A DNA stretch of 64,000 nt from Tubiluchus corallicola (lineage: Eukaryota > Animalia > Priapulida). The notes under the pieces were generated by a model. It had not been told where the DNA came from. It made no database searches and saw nothing but the letters and a program-made list of their open reading frames with translations. Positions 40,601 to 54,400 of the stretch are shown piece after piece (position 1 is the stretch's first letter; each line of letters begins with the position of its first letter). The position numbers and the translations under genes were made by a program. The DNA lies in contig JAQGDQ010000041.1 in the NCBI GenBank assembly GCA_030141605.1, positions 248,001-312,000 of the forward strand, given 5' to 3'.

Positions 40601-41995
40601 CAGAAATTTGTACTACTCTGTTGTTTGAGTACTTGATTTTTGTTTCTGAAAAGGCTTCAAAAACACCTAAAATATAGGAAATGCACCGGTTTCCATACCT
40701 CCTAGACCCCCTAGCTGGTTCTTAATTCACTCCTGATTTCAGTCTGCAGCAAGGTGGCAACCCTAGGTGCCTGCCAGGCAACCGTTAATGTGGCCTTTCA
40801 GGTGCGTGGTAAAAATGGCACGGTAAAAACTGTACAGAAAAAAATGGCACAAATGGAAAAACAGGAAAAAATGGCACACTTATGAAATATGAGTTCAGAG
40901 TTAGGGATGTTGTGAAGGAGAATTATTTTAGTTATTTTTACCTCTGCCACAGAAGTTATGCATCTATGCTGTTTGTATGCTTGGGTGCTTTTGTCTGACT
41001 TGGCGGCAAGATAACCTTGGTACTTTTTTATATTATCTCCACCAAGACAAACAACTACAAGTTGGCACTAGGTTTCATTTTGAAATATTTTCAACTAGAA
41101 CACTGTGCAATGCTGCTATGCACTATAACCTTTGCTTATACATGTATATACCCTTATAAGCTGAGTTAGTATGTAAATGCATATAATAGTCAGTCTATTT
41201 CCATCGCCGAGTAGCTAAAGTAGACAACACTATGTGAAATGTATGGGCATTATTGATTATAAATTTTTCTATTTAACAAACAAATATTTAGCAAGTCTTT
41301 TGCTAGTCTATATAATACCAATACAAGTACAATTTTGTATGTTTACTTGTTTATATTGGTTTTATGTTTTTTCAATCAAAAGAGTCAGACCAACATGTTT
41401 AAGGATTTTTTGACCTTAGCGGAGATCTTCTTCCAACTTCCGCGTATTCCAGTTTTCATTATAGAAATTGTTTGCATCGAAACAGGATGTGGCAATTTTT
41501 CCTACTTTTCCACTTGTGCCATTATTAAGATCTTTCACCACCCCGGGTCAACAAGTTGCACTAAATTGTGCACAGTATATTGTACTATACTATAAACTAT
41601 TGGAACAAGGCAAATTAACTAATTCTAAATCTTAAAATCTAAATATAATGTTACCTAGCTTAGTTTACTTTTAGTTTTTTTAGTATCAAAAATTTATATT
41701 CATACTGCAAGTGTATTTAATAATTTATGTAGTTGAAAGTAACAACTCCGTAAGCACCTTTGGAAAGTTGCATAACGTTTTTTTGGCATAACGTTTACAT
41801 AACGCATAATAAAGTTATAAATATAATTCTAATTTAAATTATAATCCAAATTGTTATTATTATCGTCCGTAATACTAATTGCGCAGTTAAGCTGCTCGGA
41901 ATATACACATAAAAAAGAATTTAACTTTACATAAAAATACCTACTTTGTCTTCGCTGCTACAAGACACTACGTGTTGCAGTTTCACAGACGGCAT
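23756..41995 (-). CDS. XRCC1: DNA repair scaffold protein XRCC1 (NTD, BRCT1, BRCT2), 17 coding exons, ~652 aa
   Basis: Exons: 41995-41945 MPSVKLQHVVSCSSEDK; 39764-39672; 39296-39192 IHSIDIGNEGSAFIEV; 38688-38530 SSFMSPKESR..WDRVKVVCTQPFNK; 38336-38247 YGLSFIRF; 37369-37258; 36585-36503; 36026-35861 (KRK..KKQK NLS-like); 32574-32394 LSGFQNPLRGQLREKALEMGAKYRPDW; 31065-30949 CAFINTPKY; 30716-30621; 30259-30063; 28807-28723 SGEDTEDEI; 27396-27242 LPDLPSFFSG; 24413-24335 KHFFLYGDF; 24068-23993; 23869-23756 FVKPKWIFDC..LPHQPY*. All phases compatible, 1959 nt. Confidence 0.96.
24456..25630 (+). mobile_element. 5'-truncated, internally deleted LINE (RTE-X-like) in XRCC1 intron 14
   Basis: RT motifs EQAG..GCLEHILTL, YVDFSKAYDRV, GLRQGSPTSCFLF; YxDD region missing. 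C-terminal SSHNLATETGRW..RLCLCG..TEEHFLCEC. Ends with AATAAA + (TATC)n at ~25605-25630. Confidence 0.88.
31578..31627. repeat. (TA)n microsatellite, ~25 units
   Basis: Direct reading. Confidence 0.97.
31785..32025. mobile_element. MITE-like element with inverted subrepeats
   Basis: Recurrent attcctcatgagga / ttcttcatgaaa / catgaggaatgccgc units in both orientations. Ends gtgaaatggacctta. Confidence 0.5.
34060..34280 (+). repeat. Dispersed repeat, copy 2 (homologous to 12660-12890)
   Basis: See copy 1. Confidence 0.8.
34385..35540 (+). mobile_element. Decayed L2/CR1-group LINE 3' fragment in XRCC1 intron 8
   Basis: YADDTS, MVINKEKTK, QPHLEYCCSI(W)G, LNWLPLADRIKY..LMTYKILNDHAPDYL with several stops and frameshifts. 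3' UTR ends ggaccac..gaaataa..gtgttatcc..aataaa. Confidence 0.88.
37862..38178. mobile_element. MITE-like element
   Basis: Termini aattagtg / cactaatt are inverted. Internal ggatcc/ccggat/ggattc subrepeats. Confidence 0.55.
40802..40885 (+). repeat. AAAAATGGCAC-subrepeat element end (MITE family); second copy inverted at 58082-58140
   Basis: ggtaaaaatggcacggtaaaaac..aaaaatggcacaaatggaaaa matches the reverse complement of tttcccatttgtgccattttttcctgtgccatttttacc. Confidence 0.75.
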
Positions 41996-44900
41996 TCTTG
42001 AGTTATCAGAAATAACAGAGGCACAAATGAAATATTAAACGACGCAAATATTCACGTTTCACTTGAGTCTGCTTTCACAACACGCGCCTACAAATGCTAT
42101 TGTATGGTTGCAGCTATACATAGCGCTACCTTTCGGAAAAAACAAATAATGCTAGATTTATATTTTTGCGTTTTCACAGAGAGCAGCACAGCAGAGAGCC
42201 TTCATCAATGCGCTCTGACGTAATCATTTTACCCCGCAGCCGAGTGCCCACATGTTAAGCAAGTTTTGATTTGGGATGTGCTAAAAAAATTGTAATACTG
42301 CACTCAGTCTATGCCTGCTGCCATTAAGACTTACTGACTGCCTCGAGTAGCAACACTAGTGGCTGTTCACCGAGCCATTCTATTGAACTTCATATATAAA
42401 AATTTTAATTAGTACATATTCCTAGAACATCGACACCTGTCACCTAAAGTAACTTAATGTTTATTCTCAAGCCCCGAGGTGGTCCCATTCATTACTTACT
42501 GGACGTAGCTTCCATAAATCTGCGCTTGGCAAACTTTTTAATTCTTTAGACTATTACTAAACCAGGAATAGCACCCCAAGATGGCAAGCAAGCACGTTAT
42601 CATTTAGCTGTAAGTATATTACCTTATTCACCTAGCCATTATTTCTTTATATAGGCATTTATCTAAATCTAAAAGCTAGTAACTGACATTGATCTGGGCC
42701 CCATGGTGATATCATTAATTTGTCAGCCTGAGGAACATAATAAATTATAATTATACGGTTTTTACATTAAAATCACTATACAAGTTTTTACAGTCTTTGG
42801 TTTATTCAACATTATGATGTACATGTATTATAATAACTAGATAGATCTCAAAGAAGATAAGATGATGATAACCATGGCAATAAAATGATTAAATCCTGCC
42901 TTGTTACACAGGCAGCAAATCGAAGTAACAGCGCTCTGCAATAAAATTAATAATAAAAATGAGGACCTACAGGCTACCATGCAAGGAGCAATGAAAGGTA
43001 TTTATTCATGGCAATATGAACAGATAAGCACTCACTAGGTATGTTTCTAACTAATAAGAGGACAGACTACTAAACAGTAACATACTTTAAATGCAGTATG
43101 ACATTATTCTTGACATGACAATTGCATTGATAGTTGCTCAAACATATGATAATAGTAAGCTGAAAAATAAAAGGCAAGTTACTATTAATAAAGCGACTTC
43201 CTCGAATAGACTTTATGTACTATATACGACTACATAAATGACAATCAAAAAAATATTTACGAAACTTGGCAACCCCGGTAAAACACAATAACAGAGAATG
43301 CTAATGGCTACTATATGAATAATAAGCAAAATAAGCACTACAAAATAAATAAAAAAATTAATACCATAATAATAATATCATTGTGACATTGTCAAACTAA
43401 TGCAAATAATGAAGAACTGCCTGTGTTGTAGCAAAAGACTCAATTACTGCTTTTAATGATCCATAATTATAATTTAAGACTAGCAAAACTGATAACAATC
43501 AATGCATAATAATTATGCTAAAATACTGCATATTAGTTCACGAAATGAGCAATAATCCAAAAAAATGAGAATTTTGAATCCTTGCTTTCCAAAGTTTCCT
43601 TTTTCCAATGCCATCAAAATTTTATGCATTAAAAGTTTATCATTTGTCCGTGAAATTGCAACTTTTTGAAGCAGCCTATATAAGACTGTCCATAAAAAGG
43701 ACTGTAGAACATCAAGTTTCTATTACTGTGCAATGAAATAAACTATCCATTAAAAGTAAAGCAGAGTACATAATAGTTCCTTACAAGACTTGTATTAATA
43801 AATTATGGAATGTGATACAAGAATTTCCGTACTATGCGTAGTTGTCAGCTCACTGCATCTCTAATACCAGCACTGTCAAATGCAGTGAGCACCCTCACAT
43901 CTCACTACACAGTCATATGCTCATATCATATGTAATCAGCAGCCGGCTGCGTCATTAATGTAGAATAATTAATATTTATATCTACAGCAACATTTTACAC
44001 ATGACTGTAACTATAACAACATTTTACACATGACTTTAACTCACTGGAATAATAACAATGTGCAAAAGACATATATCACCAATGAACGTAGATTTCACAT
44101 AAAGGAACAGTCTAAAACTTGCACCGGAAGTACTCAGTCAAAGCAATCAGCTATCAGTAATATAAATAGAATCTTACTCATCATCATAATCATCATTAAT
44201 TCTTTCCTTGTCATAATTATCACTTCTCTCTCCACTATCACAAACATGCTTGCATACACAGCAAGCAAAAAATATATATAACGATAGTAGATTAGTTAAT
44301 CACTATAGCTGTCAAGCACTATAAGAATATAATTAGAAAAAAATGTCAAGACGACTCAAACAGATGCGTGTTTCTCTGTGCTACATAATGAAACTTAACT
44401 GGGATATAACGTGTTTTCACACTCCGAGCAACAGCGACCTGTCAGAACAATGAATGATCCTTATAAGAATTAAGATAACATTTCTAAATTCTAAAAGTAC
44501 ATGTAGTCAAAGAGAAAAATGCGATGAATCTGTGAAATTACCTATCACCAATTGTATAGGATGCTACGAAAACAAAGTATTATGTTCATGTGGTCTGTTC
44601 TCGAAAATTTAGCACATTAAAATAGTAATATACAAAGCAACTTGCTACAAATGTAAAATAATCTTATTGAGATTCAAATGTTAAAAACAGGGCTGTCCAC
44701 AAATTAGCTTTCCTTCTCATTCATAAAATAACACCTACTGGAAAGTGTTGTTAACACACAATTCACATACATACACTGCCTGAAAGACAGTCAATGTATA
44801 ACATGATCACAGTTGCATAATATGACAAGTGTAAAGTTAGTGAGGTAAACTTCACATGATATATAATGAACAGTGATCGATTACATGACACATGCGTGCA

Positions 44901-45438
44901 TGAAGCATATATTAACAAATAACCACAAATCATGTTACAAATAACAAATGGCAATTGTAAGTCGCAAAAAGTACATATAAAATCCATTAACATTGTTTAG
45001 AGATTCCACGCTACTAAGAAAAAATGGGCATTAATTATTTAACAGCCGAATGGTAGAAATATTATATGTTGTTATCATTTATTAAAATTGCCACGTGTTC
45101 CGATTCATCGTATGATTAGAAAGGCACTATTTTGAATTTTCATATAATTAAAGTAAGGAAAAATTTAGTGTTGACAATAAGCACTTGAAAAATTTTAAAC
45201 ATGACAATGGTTACATGAGTAACACATTGTTTATATTTTTTTTGAAAACAAATGTGAAATATCGGTACAAGTGTTTAGAAAGTTGAAATATGGACAGCTC
45301 ATGTGTAGAGAATGGACTAAAAAACAAAAATTAAATGCATAGTATATGCGGCACAATGTCTGACTAGTAGCTAGCTCATTTCACATATTCCAATTAGTAC
45401 TAGTCACCGAGACTGAATTCCAAATATTTCTAGATTTT

Positions 45439-48400
45439 CTACCTCATAGAATGCAGCTTCCAACGCAACACAATGTAACCGCCCAAACGAAGGATCAGAA
45501 AAAATCCACATAAGGCGGCAAAATCCACATACATATGGCTCTTTTGCACATCCATACTTTCAAGTATGTTTTCGGGATCTTTGAAGTACATACACCTCTG
45601 TTTTATACTCGGGTCATCCGTGTCGCACTCCAGGTCCCCTCTGTTTTTACCATACAGTGTAAGCAGGACGCCTTCGAAACTGTAGCGGATATATGATGCA
45701 TATGAAAGCCACTGAAGGTACTTTGGTATCGTGTCAAAATTCACAAAGAAACCGCTAAACAGCAGAATGGGAATGGCAGTTATAGGTCCCAAAAATATAG
45801 CAACCTGTAAAACAACGTAATAGTCTAATGATAATGCTGGCACAACTCAAAATGGAAATATATTATAAGCAATTAGAATTAGCAAACCTAACAACTGCAA
45901 TAATTCAAATGAGCTTTGAACCAAATGGGATGTGAATTTGTCTTGCATTATAGCATTATGCTTTAAGCACCTGAGCAAAAGAGACATGAAAAAGCAAGTC
46001 TGATTTATAATAAGTCATAAACCACCTATTAAATGACTCAGTGCCATGATTGCTAACATGGTGCAACTTTTCTAAGGCCAGGTGTTGTGAAGAAATTTTT
46101 ATTGGTTTGCAATTTTTTGACCTTAGCCTTTATATTTATGAACAACCCCCAAAATTAACCATCTAAGCATCTCTCCTTCAGGATTTCGAAAGTGCCCAAA
46201 TTTCAACCAATTGTTTCTAATTTGTAGCTGTTTGTTAGTTATCTTCATTGCCAAATTTTTATTCCATAATTCCTTGGCAGACTTTTGTTAGCTGGAGGAA
46301 TACCCCACTTCAAATGTAAAAAAATTTTGTTTGAGTTCCAAAAGAGAAAGAAATCTTCAGATGTTCTTGCAACTGTCAGCTACTATTACCAATACATTAC
46401 AAGACAGGAACAAAGTGGACACTGAGCCACTGATGGTATCTTTGTACTCGGTGAATGGAGAAAGACAATAATGCAAAAATTATATTCGTACCTCTAGTGT
46501 GCAACCAGCAGCAATGAGTAACCCAAGTGACTGAGACACGAGAGCTGTGAGAACCGTGATTAACAGATAAATAGTAAATCTCTCAGCATTGTTTGGCTGT
46601 CCAGTCATCCAATAGGTTATACTTGCATATATTATAGGAAATATAACCTGCAAATGTAAAATCACAGTTGCTGAGATAATATAAAAGCATTACAAAGTAA
46701 AATCAACAGATTTGCACACTAGTATACCAGATATATTTTTGAAAGTTTACGTGAAAGAAGAACAAGTGGGAGGAAAGAGAAAAAGGGGCAACAAAAGAAA
46801 GAGAAAGAAACAGCAAGGAGAGAGAGATGTGGGAACTTTCCTAATAAAAGCTGTAGTACAGTTTTCAAAAAGACTAACACTAAGTGAACATTAAGCTCTG
46901 ATGTATATACCTTCACTGCCCCAACATAGTTATTTACTTGTGTTTTATAACTATTAAATTATATATTTAATAGTTAATTAAATATTAACACAATTAAAAA
47001 ATAAGTCTAATTACAAACCTGAAATGGTAGATCAGCCATTGTTTTTGCTATGTAATACGCCTTTAAACTGTACCAGTAATTCAGATGCTCTCGTAGAAAT
47101 ACCATCAATTCCATTGGAACTAAACAAAATAAAAGTTGTAAGTTAAAACTTTGAGACGAATATAAACACATGCAGAGTTCTGGTCATCAATTTGCACTTA
47201 CAAATACCAAAAAAGCTATATAAACACAAGCAAAGTTCTGGTCATCAATTTACACTTACAAATACCAAAAAAGCTATCCAGCACTCTCTAAGCAAAATAT
47301 GATTTCTCAAAATGAACAGCAACATTTCCTAAACTCTACAGGAAGTGTTTCAGAAACTATCAGAACTATTACATATATTAATGCATATGAACCTCACGCA
47401 GGCTTAAAAATCTTTTCATTGGTGCAATATTTAAGATTACAATGCACTCCTTCAGACTAACAAGTTTTCTCCCCTAGTTAACATGCCAAGTAATTCACAA
47501 CTCATGACAGAAAACTCACAAGTCTGAATGTGCTGTTAGATACAATGTGCTATCGCTCAGTCCACAAGTTTTAACGTATTTAACTTACAATCTTTACACG
47601 ATTTTGCATTGACAAACACTTACAAGTCATCACAGTTGGCATCAGAGATGTGAACATGATAAACAACAAAGAAAAGAACTGAGATCCACAATTGTTGAAA
47701 ACTTTGCTGGCGTCATTTCCTATCCCAAGGTATAGCAATCCTATCATCACTCCCACAACTATATGTGAGGCCAAACGTAGAGATGTCAGAGTCTAAAGAA
47801 ATAGATTATTAGCATAAATCGTTGGCCTAAAAATGCATACTCAGTAATTGGTACTATTAGGTAAGACAAGAATACTGAAATTGAGAACATAATTGCAATT
47901 TAAACACAAACCTTCAATCAGTACAACCAGCCTCTAAGACAAAACTGTTTAGGATCAGTAGACAGATTTAATATACCTATTATACTATCAATTATCATTC
48001 AGAATGTTCCAAGTATGCTAAGTCCACTCACTCTGCAAAAACTTTGTCAAACACTGTGCAATATTACAATGGTCAGTGTTTCATACAAATATGAGTTCGA
48101 TAACAGGCTTAATCAGTAACATGGTAAAAAAATCTCACATCACCTCTGAACATCAGCATATAACAATTTTATCCTTCGGTATCAAAAATGGTTGCTAAAA
48201 TAATTATCTGGATGTTTGTGACAACTTTTCATTAAAATTCACATTAGAAGATGAAAAGAAGAAATGTTGCAAGCCAAACAATAACAGATACGAACCTCAT
48301 CACGTATAATTGACCAGAAAGTGCGCACAAATATAATACGAAACTGAGTCCAGCAACTTGTCTCAAATGTATGACGGTGAGGTGGCAAAAGCTGGTCCTC

Positions 48401-51400
48401 TGCAGTTGGTTCCTATTAGTAAAGAATGAGTACTAGTTAGCAGTGATTTATCATTAATCTGGTAAAAAACAAAAACTAGATGCTATGCTAATACTCGTCG
48501 ATAGTGAAAATGTAAATATTGTATTACTTGCATAAAGTAAAGTATCATAACTCGGAGTAATAATTTCTATCTTTAAGGAAATTCAATAGGTAACAATATG
48601 AAAACATAAACTTTCAGCTTTTAAACATGAAAACATAGCTTTTACAAAAACAACATTAGAAATGCTCTTAACAATGTGATCCTTTCATGTCTCATGCCAA
48701 ATTTTGGTTAAAAAATTCATAATAGTAACTTTATTTAATTATTGGGTAATGCTTATAATCGAAAGATTTCTTTCAAACAAATAGCAGATGACAACTAATA
48801 CAAGCCAACATACCGGCAATTTGGCAATCGTGTCACAGGCCCCCTTTCCATTGACCATAACCTTAGTCTCCGTATATATGGTATCGATAATATCAGTCTC
48901 ACGTATTGGCAAACTACTTTCACTGTTCATTAACTCTTTCAACCATGAGTCGCTATCAGACATATAATTGTCACTATTAAGAGGCTTAATTTCATCTTGC
49001 TGGTATGGGTCGCATAGACCATTCTTTACAGCCACCACAAGTTTTGGTGTTAACTCTCCGTATTCACCGCATGCAACTTCGATAACTGAAAAAGTAAAAA
49101 GAAATCATTAAAGTTATTACACTAGAAGTGAGATGAATTATTTTCAAACACTATTACATAAAGAAAAATACCGAAATCTGCTGGGTTGTGGTATGCAGGG
49201 CATTCCAATGCTTGACTCTTCAAAAATGGAAGCAAGCCCTTAACCTTTCCCTTGTAAATGCACTGTCCCTCAGCCAGAATGTAAAGCTAAAAAACATGAA
49301 GGCAAACTCTATAATGCATTGTTAAAATTTACAGGAAGCACTCTATGTATCTACCAATTTCACTGCAAACTAGACAAAGTCATTTCTTCCAACAACTGAC
49401 ACAGTTTCTAATTTCTTTGACTTTGAGAAGTATCTGGTATCAGCACTCAACAATTTTTGCCTTCAATTCTTCTACAATAAACGGAATTTCTAGTGCGAGC
49501 GTTGTGCATGTTGTTCTCTTTAACTAATTCCACATTTTTCTTGGCAACAAATCTTTACCAGTGCTTTATTTCCTCTGGTGAAGTCCATGTGAACTGGTTA
49601 ACTACTTCATTGTTTTGTTGCTATGTACTGAGTGCTTTATATGTCAACATAGCTGTTTTCCAGTTCCTGATAATAACTGACATTGTTTCATTTTTTAAAG
49701 TACAAAATTTTTTTGACCATAACTTAAGAAGCACTGAAGTTATAAATCCGTAACTTTCACAGCCAAAAGCTAATGCATTGTACCATCATGCTGTGAAATT
49801 TCAACTCCTAGAATGCTTGTTTCTAATATTATTGTAATCCTAAACTTCAGGACATTTTTCTGCACCACCCGATATGTTAGTATTAATCCGACAGATGAGT
49901 TTATGAAATATGAAGAAAAACAGAGAGTATACAGGCCTTACCTTATCAAACATTTCGAACAGCTTAGCACTTGGCTGATGTATCGTACAGATGATTGTCC
50001 TGCCACCTAGTGCAAGTGATTTGAGTAAAGATATGCACTGGTAGCAAGAAGCGCTATCTAAACCACTGAAACAGAAACAATATATACATGGCCATTAACA
50101 AAATATTTTGTATTTACAACAATATCTTGGAGAAAAAACACTCTCCCTGACAATGATGAACTGGCAGTTATGGTGCCTCATCAAAATTCAGAATTAAGAC
50201 TTGTAAAACATACCGTAATTATAAAACCACAAAAAGTTAATTAATTCGTACATACTTAGTGGTCATCTGCACAGCACTTGTTCCATTGACCACTTAGGAG
50301 CACTACTTAACTGACATTAACAGTAACCGTTTGTGGTGTTTAAATGAATGTTACAAGTTCTCTTACTACTTGCAGTATTTTGTTGCAAGATAAAGCATAT
50401 AATTGCTAACTGGGAGTAACTGCTTATAATGCTCGACTGCAAAATTGGATCATATCGTTTTTGTTCACAAGTTTAAATAAATAAATTAAAGAAACTAAAC
50501 CTGGTTGGTTCATCAAAAAACATGACTGGCGGGTTGTTGACCAGTTCTTGAGCAATGGATAACCGTTTGCGTTGGCCACCAGATAGACGGATCGTCCGTG
50601 TTTTCCTGCACTCGGACAATCCCAAGGTGTCCATAATTTCAGTTACCTGTACAAAAAAACATTATTTTTTCAAGTTTGAAAATTCAATGCATTATAAATG
50701 TTTTACTAACAGGAAAATGAGAAAAAGTGCACTATGAAAATACAGCAAATCAACCCAGACCACATATTTATGAGACATCACAAAAAGGTATCTTCACAAA
50801 TACTAAAATTTCTCCAATGGACATCTTTATCTTTTTTAACTGCAAACAAACTCAAGGGTATGGAGTAGTATTGAAATGTCATGGTCTAAAATATAATTAC
50901 ACTAGGCATAGGTAATATTAGAAACAAATCAGAAGAGATAGCTGAAACATGTTGCTGTGCCTTTTTTTTAAAGTCAGCAAGATAAAAAATTTCTAAGCCC
51001 CAGTATCATTCTAATGACTGTACAATAAATTTTGATAAGCAAAGATTGTGAGTTATGATGTTGCATAGGAGTTTAGTCTGGCCATTGAACAAAATGACCA
51101 CAGATCAGCATAGGATCTACAATACTTTGGTGGATCTTCCAGAAAAAAGTACGTCATTAACAATGAAAGATCTTGACAGCTTTGAAGAATTGTACATATT
51201 GCTAGACAACACTTTCCATTGATAGCTGAGCTAATATGCTACTCAAGGCACTCAACGTATCAAAACGAACTGACCCGATGATTAGGAATTAAGTTCACAC
51301 AAGTATGGTTTCATAAACGTTTGACGATAAAATGACATCCTTATCTTTTATATGACATTTATTAACTAATTTTTGAGAGTGCACTAGGCCAGGAAGCAAA

Positions 51401-54400
51401 TGCTCATACCAAAGTTATTTTTTCATGTTCTGGCATTACTTCTGGAAGTTTAAGATGAGCCGAGACCATCATGGCTTCGATGACAGTAAGATGAGGAAGC
51501 AGATGATCATCCTGCATGATGTAACATGACATCTTGCGGAAGCTGCGCAAATCACGCTCTTTGTCATTGACCAAGATGCTTCCATTCACAGATGAAGTCC
51601 TAGAAAGAACAAGCAATAAATTGTTTCAACTTGATGAGAAACCATTAAACATGAATTCATAATTATTGTGATTGTGCAGATAATTTCTTTTACCAAATTC
51701 GAATAGTATGTAATTATATATGCATTTTTTTGTGCAACACAAAGGTGGCAAACATCACAGTTAATGTCAGTGACTTAAAAGTAATGACTGTATGCTTTGT
51801 CACGTGACAGTTGGCTTTTGCAACTTGCGATGAATTGCTGCAGGTAGAAGCATGAAAACTTTATCAATAATACTATCAGAAGTTCCAGCAAGTAACTTCT
51901 AGCAGCACTTTTGATGGTGGAACAAGGTTTGGGAACTTATTCTATTGTGCCCATTTAACAAAAAACTGTTATGAACTTACTAGTGGCAAATAATGGAAAA
52001 AGCATAATATAAAAAGTAGTCAAAGATTAATGACTTTTACAAATGTTACTGACTGGTGCTATTTCTTGCTTTTTACTACTATTTGCCCTACATAACCCAT
52101 ATGGATTCAGTGAAGTCCCGCCCAAGCTGTACGCAAAGAGTAACCGCAAATGAACTACAGTATAGTAAACCAGAAAGCATTCCTCGGTGTCTAGACAAAC
52201 TGGTTAAATAGTTACTTTCAAATGATGAGATTCTTGAATGCCAACAGTCTTAGAAAAATACAAAATAACTGCAAGCGAAATAATTATTTGTCCATTGAGA
52301 CTCGAACATACACAGAACTCAATGAGTCAATTTGAGGAGCAAGTAAAATAGCATCATATCACAAGGAACTTCAGCTGCTTAGAAACGCTAAACAAATTAT
52401 TCTCCACCAAAGTTAAAGCCCAGAGGAATAATGTCACTCGTACCTGTAGCCAGCCAGTATGTTCATCAGTGTACTTTTCCCTGCACCAGAGGGACCCATT
52501 ATAGCAGTGAGCTCTCCTGATTTGCATGATCCAGAAATGCCTTTCAACAAAGTTTTAAAACCTGAAATAAATTAGCGTAACAATTAATAAATAGCTATTA
52601 CGCGTCGCTAAGGTATGCATGTGCTACTTAATCCCTTTACATCATTACAAGAAAATTTCTGGGGCTCGACATCATAATCAAAATCTTAATCACTAAGCAA
52701 TCAATCATCACTGATTTAGCTATGCTGCAAAATTTTTCGTGTGAAGTGCACGACTTACAATTGGCATAGTGACAGTGCACAGCAAACACTCAAAATTTGG
52801 TTTTTTGTCACAAAACTATAATTAAACTCGTAACTGTGGCTTAATTAGACAGCTGCATGGCATCACGCTTCACAGCTGCAACGTCAAAAACACCTTTTAT
52901 TTTGGATGACAACTGATTAAGGTACAAGATAGAGTCATCAGACCGGGGCTAACCACTACCGGGTTCCTGGTCTATTATGTGTTCCTCCGAGTGCCTTGCA
53001 TGCATACTAAGTGACATGTTTCTAAAATCCTTATGACAACTAAAAGAAAATCAGACCAACTCTTTTATGTAATCAGCTGAACGTTGAACATACATTGAGA
53101 ATCACAAATTCCTGTTTCTGAAGTTGATGTCACAACTTAGCAAAGCTGCCAAAGCAATTTTAACTTCAACTTGTAAGTGCAGTCAAGGGAAGACCCTTAG
53201 CTTGAGATTCTAGAAGAAACCAAGCTGATCTGATTGGGTTAAATTTGAATTAACATCAGCCCAATCACGACAAGCTTGTGGTCCAGGGAATTGCTCTTTT
53301 GCCCCGAACACTTCTACATAGCTGTTAGCTAGTAAAATGTTGATTTACTAGCACAGTTTACTTGTTTATTCCATTGTTGAGTAAGATACAGACCTCTTCA
53401 TGATGAAACAATGCGTCCGCAAAATTATCAGAAAAGACAAATCTGAGAGAAAACTAGGAATACTCGCATTTAAAGCTTTGATTCACCAAACACATCCATC
53501 AATCATTCCATCGATTTAGGTCCTACAAGTGAAATGACGTGGAACTTCAGCAACTCATAGAACAGATATAAATATGAGCAAAAATACTGTTGCTAGCGCC
53601 ATTGTCGCAACTAGGAATAACACCGTTGATTTATTAAAGCAGGTTAACTGCAGCCCGCGGGGAAATTGTTAATGACCATTCCGGATTTACGGGCAGCCAT
53701 GCGGAACTTCCGTAATTTACCAAAAGAAGCCAGTCAAGAACTTAGACCCTTAATCAGACTTCGAAGAAAATCGTTACTGCAACGTTCAGCTGAATTGAGC
53801 TTCGTGAAAGCTAGTCGCTATCCAACTAATTTAATTAGAGTTTCAGTTTGGCTAATATCTATCAAGCCCGCTAATGCAGCAATCAATTAGATCATTAGTA
53901 ACTCTACAACGGGGATTTAAGGGCAACCAGTTAGCGCCCTACATGAAGCTAGTGTCAACACGTCGTGTGCTGTAATTAAAATAGCCTATACCTCTCATTT
54001 TAATTAAAGAAAGACCGGACGATTGTTTAAACTCAATCTCGTTTTAATTTATTGTCCAAAATATAAATTTTCTTGCATATAAAAGTTAAGAATTGTTCCT
54101 TATATTTGAATAATTAGCTTAGAAAGTTAATAAACGGCAACCGAACACAGCTATTGCTTACGTCAGAAACTATCCACAGTTTGTGCAATGGCAGGCGTCT
54201 TACCTTGCGCGTCAAGCACATTTGCATAGGTGTTACAGTCAAAGAATAGGCACCTTTTCCTGAACTTTGTTACAGTACTGTTATGTCACGAAAAATGGGC
54301 TTTACATCATATGACGTCATGAAACCAACACAGCAGTTCATGATCATGGTTATCACGGTACCGCCATCTATTTGTCGGCCACGCGTACGTTACAAAAACG

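Noticed and set aside
50540-50560. IAQELV instead of IALELV in the ABCG NBD as a sign of inactivation
   Set aside because: Walker A, Q-loop, signature, Walker B and H-loop are all intact.
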